Assembly: GCA_963848965.1 (NCBI GenBank)
Contig: CAWKFG010000004.1
Span: 64,001-128,000, forward strand
Source: an uncultured bacterium
GTDB taxonomy: Bacteria > Babelota > Babeliae > Babelales > Babelaceae
DNA length: 64,000 bases
Direction: 5' to 3'
Shown: one piece after another, positions 20,658-29,438 of the stretch
Layout of the letters: each line of letters starts with the position of its first letter
How positions within the stretch are numbered: the stretch's first letter is position 1
Notes under the pieces: model-generated
Seen by the model: only the letters and a program-made list of their open reading frames with translations
What the model was told of the DNA's origin: nothing
Database searches by the model: none
Position numbers and translations under genes: made by a program

Positions 20658-21128
20658 TTTTTCCTTCGATAGTAATTATAAATTGTGATCCTAAAAATAT
20701 ACGCAATAAAAATACTAACAAGATAAACCTTATTGTCAAATAGGCATCAAAATAGCGATTGTTACACTCTCTTAAAAAAGAACTAAAACAACAAAAAGCA
20801 TATGCTCTATTTAGAATTTTTTTATTATTATAATTTATTACTGCAACTAATAACTTTGGTATAATTTTCGATAGTAAACTATACATTTATCCTTACTCTA
20901 TCTCTAAAATAGCTTTATAAAAGCTGTTATAGTTGCGATAACAGCAAAAAGTCCTGTTATCATGAAGCTTAATATACTGAACACTGTTAATAATTATGTA
21001 TATGCCACTAGCATCTTACGTAGATATTTGACTTTTTAGAGCTATAAATCATACTGGAAAAAGTAATTTCTATACTCTGCAAAAATATTATAATGACAGG
21101 CTTCATTACTAAATCGAAAGGTATAATT

Positions 21129-21293
21129 GTGATTACTCCTCAAAATTACAAGCAAAAAAGTGCTCGCGTAAATACAGTGGCTATCAAAGAATTGGGTAGT
21201 GCTTGTTTTCTTACTCTTGGTTGGCAAACTAAGAATGCTAAAGAATACATGCGATCATCTTCTTATTTGAAAAACTCCAAGAGTAAGCTTTGA
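21129..21293 (+). CDS. Lasso peptide precursor A4 (GTG start; tail probably chimeric)
   Basis: (M)ITPQNYKQKSARVNTVAIKELGSACFLTL|GWQTKNAKEYMRSSSYLKNSKSKL; AAGG upstream of GTG; Glu9; lies within track ORF 21093..21293. Confidence 0.75.
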   Translation: MITPQNYKQKSARVNTVAIKELGSACFLTLGWQTKNAKEYMRSSSYLKNSKSKL

Positions 21294-21358
21294 GACAAGA
21301 CCTATTTAACAACTATTTTTTTGCTAGTTTTCTTAATAGCATTAAAAATTTTTTGCAT
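21255..21358 (-). pseudogene. Frameshifted, truncated lasso precursor (paralog of A6)
   Basis: MQKIFNAIKKTSKKIVVK[fs]IGLVSKLTL|GVF... compared with A6 MQKAFNTIKKTSEKIALREIGLASKLTR|GVF. Confidence 0.8.
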
Positions 21359-21465
21359 ACTATATTCCTTTAAATTAAATAGCACTGTAGAGATAAACTT
21401 TATGAATTTTAAACAAATAATATTTGTCGAATGTCAAGCGAGTAGTTTTTTATGAAATACGTTTA

Positions 21466-21588
21466 AGTAAAATGCAGCAATTCTTACTATTATACTATGT
21501 AAATTAATTATATATCTGAGATGAAATATTCTTAAAGCATAATACACTTAACTTGACATTTAAAAAACTTAAAGCATACTAGAAAAAA
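21466..21588. repeat. 123-bp direct repeat, copy 1, with sigma70-like promoter
   Basis: Matches 28517..28639 with one mismatch by eye; contains TTGACA-16 nt-CATACT. Confidence 0.9.
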
Positions 21589-21716
21589 GAAAACTTGACA
21601 TCTTGTAAGATCACACAAAAAACAGCATTTTTTAATCTTGATGATAAGCTATATGCTGAAGCAGAATAGCATATACGCATAAGAAGAGCTGTAATTTTTA
21701 ATTGAAAAGTATCTGT

Positions 21717-21883
21717 ATGTTTATAAGACAAAATATTCAATAGAAAGATTGTATCAAAGTAAATACCGTTAAGATAACCAGAGCAATAGTTAAGGAGCCC
21801 GGCAATAGCTCAGCCCTTACGCTTGGAATACTAAAAATGCTAAAGAATATATGAGAACTTCGTGTATTTGGGTGAAAAGCTAA
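21717..21883 (+). pseudogene. Lasso precursor pseudogene (paralog of A4)
   Basis: MFIRQNIQ*KDCIKVNTVKITRAIVKEPGNSSALTL|G[fs]TKNAKEYMRTSCIWVKS*. Confidence 0.8.
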
Positions 21884-21990
21884 AAATCAATAGAGGATTT
21901 ATAGACATCTTAATCATAAAAACTATCTAGTCAGTGTAGTTTAATCAAGCAGTTATATTAATCAAGGAGGGAATAAATTTAGGGGAAACT

Positions 21991-24900
21991 ATGAAAAATG
22001 TATGTTCTTTTGTTTTAACCGTATGTCTTTTGTCTTTTCAACTGAGTAAGCCAATGGAAAAGGAGACAGCCAGAGAACAAGATATACAAGAAGACAAAGA
22101 AAACATTATATATTTAGAAAGCATTGAAGGAGAACTTGTTCCTTTATCGAGCTCATATCTTCCTCCTGCTTTTGCTTTCACAGTATCTGCTTATCCAGCC
22201 TCTCTAGTTCCTATAAAACAACCATTAGATACTTTAACTTTAGCATGTGATATCCTGCAAGCAAAAAATAAAGATATCTCTCGCCTTATCAATGATTATA
22301 TTGCAGGAGGTTACCTAGAAAGATTCAAACCTGCTCCTTTAAAGAAACCAATTAGAGATGTATTACAAAAGGTTCGTACACTCATAGAAACTCTTCAATT
22401 TCTAAAAATAAGCCAAGAATGCTTGGCCCGTACCTTAAAATACTGCCTACATAATGAACATGTACAGAAAGCTATAACGAGTAAGCTCTTTGTTTATTTA
22501 GAAAGCAAAGAAGGTACCTTGGTTTCTTTTCCGCTTCAATTTCTTCCTCCAGATTTCACTCGAAGATTACCTCAGATAAACCTCGATTTTATAGACAATG
22601 ATATCGTCATCGATTGTAATGACTACCCTACTCGCACTTTAGAGCTTGCACGCGAAATTTTGATACACTACATAGGACTTATCTCTACTACTTACAAAGA
22701 AGCTCATCAACAAGCACTATTAAACAAAGTTGAAGACTATTTGAAGACAGACTCTTCTAATGGAATCATACAAAAAGCGCAAAATCTTTTGAAATTAGTA
22801 AGGTTTCTTAGAGTAAGCCAAGACTGCTTTAACGCTCTTTTACAAAAATGTGCAGCAATAATTAAATGCGATCAAAAAGAACTTTTTTATTCTTGCGATG
22901 CTTTTCATAAAGAGATAGCAGAAGAGAATCTCAAGTCGTGTATACGACCATTAGAAGAGCAAAGCAGCTGGCATCCTTTATCCCTTCACTCTCCTCAAAA
23001 ACAGAGTCTCTCCTTTTCAGTAAAGAAGCTTGAAGATCTACTTTATATAGCTCCTCAGAAAAGAAGAGAACTTGCATTTACTATAGCACTAAAGTATGAA
23101 GATAGAAATATTCATTTGCCTGTTCAGCACCTTATTGATCACAAATCATGGCAAGCTTTAGATGTACTCTGTGGACCTAAATCAAATCCTGAATCATATT
23201 TTGCACATGCTATTGACCGTACATCAACAGAAATAGGAAAAGCGCTCTTTTATTCAAAGCTTCTACAGCCTCTTGATGCTATCCAAGAGCTCAAGAAAAG
23301 GCAATCCATTGTTCAAGAGCTTGCTGGCAACAAAGAGATCTTTGATAAGCTTGATGGGTTATTCAAAGATTTCTTTAGTGAGCTTAAAGGCAAAAATGAA
23401 CAAATGGAAGCAAAAAAATATGAGAATAATATATTAGCCTTCTTTACAGAAAACGATCCCTTTAAAGAATTACTCAAGCTTGATATCACCAATCTCAAGG
23501 GAGCCGCAAAATGGATAAACTCTAACGAGCTCATGGTAACGCTAAAAAGAGGTAAAGATATTATTCCAGATATCATTATCAATATAACAACAAAACAGAT
23601 AAAAAATATTATTCCACAACAGATTAAACAGCTCTTTGACGCGTTTATGCCTGCACTTGCTTCTGAGGCAGGCTCCTGGGCAGCTTCTCAAGCTTGGAAC
23701 TCATTATCTACAAAATTTTTTCCTGACCCTGCTCATCTATCACCACGCTTACTCCAATGGGCGGCTTCTGCTGTAAGCAAAGTACCAAAGGCACATATAC
23801 AGCAAACCATGATGCTTCTTGTTGCAAAGTTTATCTGCTCATTAACATGCTCTAGCGACGAAGATGATTTTGTTAAAGGAATGGTAGAGATGAACTTCTG
23901 TCTTCAGACAAGGCTTATATTACTTGCAAAATATATTACTCTCATGAAAAATGTCTATAATATAGTAAGCACATCACCTAAACTTAAAGAGTATCTACCG
24001 TTTCTAGAAGCCCTCGATCTTGGGCAGGAGCATCATCAAGATATTCTCGCTCATCTCTGGTATTGGTGTAATGAGCTTACTCATCCTGCATCGTTTGAAC
24101 AGTTTATCAATAAGCTCTGTACTGCTACTTTTGATGAAAAAGATGACTCTTGGGCAAAATATCATTTCGGTCGAATAATAGCAACGTATTGCCTTGTTGA
24201 AGTTCATAAAGAACGGCTTTTTGAGGCAGTTATGGCACTATCTGAGCTTGATTCATATCTTTCAGTTGCACGATTGTATAATGAATCGCAGGATAAACCA
24301 AATAAGTATAGCTTTGTCAATTATGATACGTCAGAAACACCCATTATTGATCTTAAAAACTTTTGGAATCCTTGTGTTGGATATAATGCAGTAGCTAATA
24401 CCCTAACTATGGGTACTGATAACCATCCAAAAGACATTATCATTACAGGCCCAAACACGGGTGGCAAATCAACACTCATGAGAGCTCTTATCTTCACCAT
24501 TCTTATGGCACAATCAGTAGGAATAGCTCCTGCTCAACCAGGTTCACATATTACGCTATTTTCAAATATACGAGCGTATCTTAACATCACTGATGATGCT
24601 TCACAAGATGCGTCCTTATTCAAAGCAAGTGCTCAACGAGCCCGAGAGCTTTTAGATGCTGCATTAAAAACAAGAGGACTTTCTCTTACACTCTTTGATG
24701 AAATATATAATGGAACTGATCCTAAGTTAGGTGAATCATTAGCATATGCTACTCTTAAATTTCTTAACGATAGCGCTCGCTTTTCTCACAACATGTGTAT
24801 AACTACAACTCACTTTCCCTGTGTTCAAAAGCTACGCAGAGAGCATACAGGAACTGCATTAGGTACTAATTTTGGATATTTTAGAGTATTTGATATAGAA

Positions 24901-25497
24901 GATCCTAACACCCTCTTTAAAATTAAACCTGGTATTTGTACTAAATCAAATGCTTTTAAAGTAGCAGAGGATAGCTTCAAACTGAGTGAAGATAATAACT
25001 TATACTCAAAGATTCTTGAAGATGCAAAAGAATATTATGGACAGAATTTTGAAGAACAAAAGGGCATACTTGCAGATCCTCATTACTTGGATTTATTGAG
25101 AAGGTCTCCTACTGCATTACTTGAAATGATCCAATTAATAAAAAGCAGCCCTAATCGATGTAAAGAATACCAAGATCTCCTTTTAAGAATGGCGTACCTT
25201 GATAGTTTTATAGCACTTATTGAGCATAAGAAAAATATCTTAGCAGAGAATAATATCACTCTTGCTACATTACTTAACCTTACTAATTCTCAAGGTAGAA
25301 CAGTTCTTCATAACGGAGCACTTGATCTTATTGAAGATGAAGCTCTTATAACAAAACTCATAAACTATGGAGCAAATCCACAAGTGACAGATAACTATGG
25401 AAGAAAACCATTACACTATACTCAAAAGAATACCCTTATAGAAGAGCTGCTCAATCGCTATGAAAGACCGGCCCGCTCAAAGTCAATAAAATTATAA
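21991..25497 (+). CDS. Secreted MutS-domain-V ATPase protein with C-terminal ankyrin repeat
   Basis: Signal peptide; IIITGPNTGGKST, LFDEIYNGT, ITTTHF; GRTVLHNG/GANPQVTDNYGRKPLHY; no mismatch-binding GDFYE motif. Confidence 0.85.
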   Translation: MKNVCSFVLTVCLLSFQLSKPMEKETAREQDIQEDKENIIYLESIEGELVPLSSSYLPPAFAFTVSAYPASLVPIKQPLDTLTLACDILQAKNKDISRLINDYIAGGYLERFKPAPLKKPIRDVLQKVRTLIETLQFLKISQECLARTLKYCLHNEHVQKAITSKLFVYLESKEGTLVSFPLQFLPPDFTRRLPQINLDFIDNDIVIDCNDYPTRTLELAREILIHYIGLISTTYKEAHQQALLNKVEDYLKTDSSNGIIQKAQNLLKLVRFLRVSQDCFNALLQKCAAIIKCDQKELFYSCDAFHKEIAEENLKSCIRPLEEQSSWHPLSLHSPQKQSLSFSVKKLEDLLYIAPQKRRELAFTIALKYEDRNIHLPVQHLIDHKSWQALDVLCGPKSNPESYFAHAIDRTSTEIGKALFYSKLLQPLDAIQELKKRQSIVQELAGNKEIFDKLDGLFKDFFSELKGKNEQMEAKKYENNILAFFTENDPFKELLKLDITNLKGAAKWINSNELMVTLKRGKDIIPDIIINITTKQIKNIIPQQIKQLFDAFMPALASEAGSWAASQAWNSLSTKFFPDPAHLSPRLLQWAASAVSKVPKAHIQQTMMLLVAKFICSLTCSSDEDDFVKGMVEMNFCLQTRLILLAKYITLMKNVYNIVSTSPKLKEYLPFLEALDLGQEHHQDILAHLWYWCNELTHPASFEQFINKLCTATFDEKDDSWAKYHFGRIIATYCLVEVHKERLFEAVMALSELDSYLSVARLYNESQDKPNKYSFVNYDTSETPIIDLKNFWNPCVGYNAVANTLTMGTDNHPKDIIITGPNTGGKSTLMRALIFTILMAQSVGIAPAQPGSHITLFSNIRAYLNITDDASQDASLFKASAQRARELLDAALKTRGLSLTLFDEIYNGTDPKLGESLAYATLKFLNDSARFSHNMCITTTHFPCVQKLRREHTGTALGTNFGYFRVFDIEDPNTLFKIKPGICTKSNAFKVAEDSFKLSEDNNLYSKILEDAKEYYGQNFEEQKGILADPHYLDLLRRSPTALLEMIQLIKSSPNRCKEYQDLLLRMAYLDSFIALIEHKKNILAENNITLATLLNLTNSQGRTVLHNGALDLIEDEALITKLINYGANPQVTDNYGRKPLHYTQKNTLIEELLNRYERPARSKSIKL

Positions 25498-25530
25498 CTC
25501 GATAAGAAAACAGTACGAAAGGATACTTGT

Positions 25531-26880
25531 ATGAATCATCTGTTAAAGAAGAGAAGCAAACAAGCGTTATTTTTTGTGAGCCTCTCTTTTACCTCTTTAT
25601 CATTACTGGGTATGCAAAAAGCGCCTTCACCACATGATAGAGCTAGCAATATAGAAGAAGGATCTAAAAGCAACCGAAGGAGAGCTCTCCTTTTAGGATT
25701 AAAACAGTCAAGTGTATCATCAAGTGATGGCCAAACCATTATTCTTGAGCCCTATTTACTTTCGCCGGAAGCCCTAGAGTATATTACCGACAACCGAGAG
25801 CAATTTGATGGTGAATTAAGTACTAACGTATGGAAACTTATTTTTTGGCTCTACCGTACTAGTAACGATATTGATAGCAGTTCTCCTGTTACTTTTAATG
25901 ATGACCCCTTCATTGAATACAAGGTTAAAAATCAAGATGTATTAAAGCTGATAGGGAGGCTACCACTTCTTTACCTCAAAGATTCAGTTTTAGAGACATT
26001 CATAAAAGCTTATGTTGCTTTTAGTAAGGGAACCATAGATGCCAAAGCTCTCTTACATTATCATGATACTCTTTATACTAGTGAGCCCAGCTCTCGACAA
26101 AGAGATCTTTATCAAAAGCTGTGCCTAACCTTGCTTGATAAGTGTTACTATTTACGCTATAAAAAGCATCTTCCTTTTGCTCAAGAGCTTTTAGGAACTG
26201 TATCAATTCAAGAATTATTAGAGCATGGGAGAATTACGTTTCCTCAAGCATCGTTTCATCAACTTAGAAGTACTCTCCACAATGAGGAAGGCAGCTCATT
26301 TTTACCAGAAAACCCAACACTCAAGCTTCGAGATAGTTCCTTGTCAAGTCTTAATGGATGGCAAACTATTTTGAACAATATACAAGCAGATAGTATCTAT
26401 GCAATTGATTTAAGTAATAACTGCTTACAAACGCTTGACCCTCTTTCTGAGCTTACAAACTTTAAAGCGCTTACCGTACTTAGGTTAGATCATAATAAAT
26501 TAAAAACTCTCCCCTTAGAATTACTTAAAGATTGTACCGCTCTTATGGTACTTGATCTTTCGCATAACCCATTAAATGAATTTTCTCCAGAAGACCTTGC
26601 TGTACTTATAGCTCCATGTTCACATCTTCAAGAGCTCTCTATTGCTCATACAGATATGAAGGGAAAGCTTACTGCAGAGCACTTTGCGCGTAACCCTTCT
26701 TTAAAAAAAATAGATTACAAGAATTGTTCACAGTTGTGTGTTTCAGAATCTGTAGATAAACTAAATGCTATGCGTGAGGAATTTACTTTAGATAACAGAT
26801 TTGTCGTTATAGGCGGCTTTTTAGCTTTTATAGTAATAGCTATTCTTGTAGGAAAACATATTATGCATCGTTCTGCATAA
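25531..26880 (+). CDS. Leucine-rich repeat protein with signal peptide and C-terminal TM helix
   Basis: IDLSNNCL, LRLDHNKL, LDLSHNPL, LSIAHTDM repeats. Confidence 0.88.
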   Translation: MNHLLKKRSKQALFFVSLSFTSLSLLGMQKAPSPHDRASNIEEGSKSNRRRALLLGLKQSSVSSSDGQTIILEPYLLSPEALEYITDNREQFDGELSTNVWKLIFWLYRTSNDIDSSSPVTFNDDPFIEYKVKNQDVLKLIGRLPLLYLKDSVLETFIKAYVAFSKGTIDAKALLHYHDTLYTSEPSSRQRDLYQKLCLTLLDKCYYLRYKKHLPFAQELLGTVSIQELLEHGRITFPQASFHQLRSTLHNEEGSSFLPENPTLKLRDSSLSSLNGWQTILNNIQADSIYAIDLSNNCLQTLDPLSELTNFKALTVLRLDHNKLKTLPLELLKDCTALMVLDLSHNPLNEFSPEDLAVLIAPCSHLQELSIAHTDMKGKLTAEHFARNPSLKKIDYKNCSQLCVSESVDKLNAMREEFTLDNRFVVIGGFLAFIVIAILVGKHIMHRSA

Positions 26881-27049
26881 GTGATATATACGTAAAGGAC
26901 CCCAAGTGTAAATAAGCACTTGTATATGAATTTAAGATTAAAGCTTAGTTACTATACCTTACATCTTTCTCTTATACATATGGCAATTGCTTATATCTAC
27001 AAGCAACAAAATGCCGTTATCTTAACTTATTAATAGAAAGGAATAAAAC

Positions 27050-27156
27050 ATACAGCGTACTATTAAAAAGCTCGGTGCCGCCTCTGGTTTAAACCCACGG
27101 TACTGCCATCAAAGCGTTTTGAGGGCGGCCTGTGAGCTGGGCTTACTTACGAATAG
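27050..27156 (+). pseudogene. Degenerate lasso precursor
   Basis: AAGGA RBS, then ATA in place of a start codon: QRTIKKLGAASGL[+1 A]TH|GTAIKAF then a stop or second frameshift. Confidence 0.55.
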
Positions 27157-27210
27157 TAATTATAAGATTAAATCCTGGTATTACTATAATAAATTAAACG
27201 AAAGGTCACT

Positions 27211-27735
27211 ATGAAGTTTATTTTATTCTCATTCTTTACAGTTGCTTTCCTTATGTCTTCGGTTCAGGCAATGGAGCCTGCAGATAACCAAGGCAGAAAA
27301 ACGCAAGACCAAGCTATGACAACAAAAGATTTGCTAGAGCGAGGATTCCAACACCAAAGCCAAAGTAGCTTAGGAATTGGATTACTTGGTGCTGGGACAC
27401 TTTTATTTCTCTATGGCATAGCAAATGGTTCAATGGGGGCTGGTTTATTGAGTCTCTGTGCAGCTGCTGGCGGCTTACTTGCACTGCCTACACATCCTCT
27501 TACTGAAGAAGAAAAGAGAAAGCTTGAGGAAGCTAGAAGTATGTGTAAACCTGAATATAACCGGGGATATAATGAGGGATACTCACAAGGATATTACCAA
27601 GGGTATAATAGTGGACATAGTCAGAGTCAAAATTCTGGTACCGCACAAGGATATTCTCAAGGCTATAATCACGGGTACTCCCAAGGGCAAAATTCCTCTC
27701 CAGGTGCTGGGTCTCTCTTTAAAACTAATAAATAA
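27211..27735 (+). CDS. Secreted/membrane protein with GYxxG-repeat tail
   Basis: Signal peptide, two Gly-rich hydrophobic segments, YNRGYNEGYSQGYYQGYNSG repeats. Confidence 0.8.
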   Translation: MKFILFSFFTVAFLMSSVQAMEPADNQGRKTQDQAMTTKDLLERGFQHQSQSSLGIGLLGAGTLLFLYGIANGSMGAGLLSLCAAAGGLLALPTHPLTEEEKRKLEEARSMCKPEYNRGYNEGYSQGYYQGYNSGHSQSQNSGTAQGYSQGYNHGYSQGQNSSPGAGSLFKTNK

Positions 27736-27799
27736 ACTGTTTCTGCAGAAAAACTTTTCTTAAACAGTACTCGGTAATCTCTGTAAGAGAGCATAATAA

Positions 27800-27824
27800 A
27801 ACCCCAGCTTTATCGGCTGGGGTT
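27800..27824. terminator. Terminator hairpin downstream of precursor A5
   Basis: AACCCCAGC-7 nt-GCTGGGGTT with an A-run on the left (U-tract on the minus strand). Confidence 0.75.
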
Positions 27825-27844
27825 ATAAACTGTTTGGGTATAGT

Positions 27845-27994
27845 TTATTTTTTAATTGGCCACTTATTACCTTTAACAGGTAATTCTAAACCATTTCCTT
27901 TAATACCCATAGTAAGAGTCACTGCTGAGCCAACTGAAACAACTGCGCTCTGTAGTTTTGAAGCTATTTTATTATGTGTTTTTTTATGTAACAT
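27845..27994 (-). CDS. Lasso peptide precursor A5 (49 aa)
   Basis: MLHKKTHNKIASKLQSAVVSVGSAVTLTM|GIKGNGLELPVKGNKWPIKK; AAGGA RBS; Glu8. Confidence 0.9.
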   Translation of the reverse strand: MLHKKTHNKIASKLQSAVVSVGSAVTLTMGIKGNGLELPVKGNKWPIKK

Positions 27995-28041
27995 GAGTAT
28001 CCTTTCTCATAAAATAATTAAAAAATGTCTTAACAAAAAGT

Positions 28042-28192
28042 TTATCTTTCTGAACGGTTTGTCATCCAACCTGGTCTTATAAGCTCAGATCGCTTTGAAG
28101 TAATGGCCTACGCGGTAGCTATGTATAATAGCCTATTTTGCAGACTAAATGTTTTTTCCTAGCTACTTTATTTAAATTACAAATTTTTTCAT
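28042..28192 (-). pseudogene. Lasso precursor pseudogene
   Basis: Broken leader ...HLVCKIGYYT*LPR, then a frameshifted core remnant AITSKRSELIRPGWMTNRSER similar to A6 NKKSELFRPTW. Confidence 0.7.
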
Positions 28193-28197
28193 AGTCA

Positions 28198-28335
28198 TTA
28201 TTCTACCCATGTTGGTCTAAAGAGCTCAGATTTTTTATTTGAGAAAACTCCGCGAGTAAGCTTTGATGCAAGACCTATCTCACGAAGAGCTATTTTTTCG
28301 CTAGTTTTCTTAATAGTATTAAAAGCTTTTTGCAT
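28198..28335 (-). CDS. Lasso peptide precursor A6 (45 aa)
   Basis: MQKAFNTIKKTSEKIALREIGLASKLTR|GVFSNKKSELFRPTWVE; Thr-2, Gly1, Glu9. Confidence 0.88.
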   Translation of the reverse strand: MQKAFNTIKKTSEKIALREIGLASKLTRGVFSNKKSELFRPTWVE

Positions 28336-28516
28336 GATATATTTCTCTAAATTAGATAAATTAAAAACAATTTACAATCAAATAATAACAAGCTTAAAAA
28401 ATAAATCAAGTGGTGCTGTAAAGATAAATTTATGGATATTAAATGACTAATAATTTTAAATAAATAGTATTTGTCGGATGTATAGCGACTGTCTTTTTAT
28501 GTAAACAAAGAGTTCT

Positions 28517-28639
28517 AGTAAAATGCAGCAGTTCTTACTATTATACTATGTAAATTAATTATATATCTGAGATGAAATATTCTTAAAGCATAATACACTT
28601 AACTTGACATTTAAAAAACTTAAAGCATACTAGAAAAAA
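28517..28639. repeat. 123-bp direct repeat, copy 2; likely promoter of lasso B-C
   Basis: Near-identical to 21466..21588; TTGACA-16-CATACT lies about 50 nt upstream of the B gene start. Confidence 0.9.
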
Positions 28640-28679
28640 AGAAACTTAAATAAATTGTAAGATTACACAGGACAATGTT

Positions 28680-29429
28680 ATGTTTTTTCGCTTACAATCC
28701 CCTATTTATGCAACACACTGTGATAGCGGAATTATTATTTTAGATTTAAAGCAAGATAAATACTTTAGCCTTACTGATGAGGCTGTTCACTTTCTTACTG
28801 AAATATTAAAAAGAGAATTTGTTCTTAAAGACGCTCATTATATCCCTTGTGATGAAACAGTGCCTGATGAAGAACATATATTTGATTCTTGGATACACTA
28901 TTTTTTAGAAGAAGGATTTATTGAGCCTAGCAATCAGAAAGATGTCTCTAAGCCATTAAGGACAGCCTTAGTATCAGGCGGTCTTGCAGATTACCAATGG
29001 GATACTAAAGATAAACTTTCCTCTTTTTCTCAGTCACCTAAGCTTTTAGTAATGCAATTATTTTTCCTCGTAATGCGCGTAGATTTTATTTTAAAACGCA
29101 AGGGAATACAAGGAATCTTAGATAAAATAAATGTATATAAACGCAAGCATAAGGTATACAAAGAACCAACTCAAAGTGATATAGAAGCGCTTTCTGCTGC
29201 ACTTGATGTCGCTTGCTCTCTGTACCCAAAAAAAATGTATTGCCTTGCATGGGCATCATCATTTGTCTTAATAGCTCTTAAAAAAGGGCTAAAGTGTAAT
29301 CTTGTTATTGGCGTACAATCACCTCCCTTTTATGCTCACGCATGGGCTCAAGTAGGAGAAACGGTTATTAATGATGCAACCATAGTAAAAGAACGTCTTT
29401 CAATCCTCTTAAAGGAACCATTTAGTTAA
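28680..29429 (+). CDS. Lasso peptide B protein (fused RRE/PqqD-like + transglutaminase-like leader peptidase)
   Basis: N-terminal GIIILDLKQDKYFSL; C-terminal CLAWAS...LVIGVQSPPFYAHAW...VIND with a Cys-His-Asp triad. Confidence 0.93.
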   Translation: MFFRLQSPIYATHCDSGIIILDLKQDKYFSLTDEAVHFLTEILKREFVLKDAHYIPCDETVPDEEHIFDSWIHYFLEEGFIEPSNQKDVSKPLRTALVSGGLADYQWDTKDKLSSFSQSPKLLVMQLFFLVMRVDFILKRKGIQGILDKINVYKRKHKVYKEPTQSDIEALSAALDVACSLYPKKMYCLAWASSFVLIALKKGLKCNLVIGVQSPPFYAHAWAQVGETVINDATIVKERLSILLKEPFS

Positions 29430-29438
29430 GGAATAGCT

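Noticed and set aside
20641..20886. 81-aa minus-strand ORF as a further precursor
   Set aside because: No GxAxxLTxG motif or Gly1/Glu8-9 core; it has an RBS-like sequence, but coding status is unsupported
26860..26930. Minus-strand ...LFTL|GVLYVYITYAE as a precursor
   Set aside because: No start codon, no upstream GxA motif, and the acidic residue is at position 11
27068..27138. Riboswitch or twister-like ribozyme (GCCGCC/GGCGGC stem)
   Set aside because: No conserved core of a class I recognise; the leader-like translation and RBS explain it better as a precursor fossil
27834..28082. Track ORF, + strand, 82 aa
   Set aside because: Antisense shadow of precursor A5
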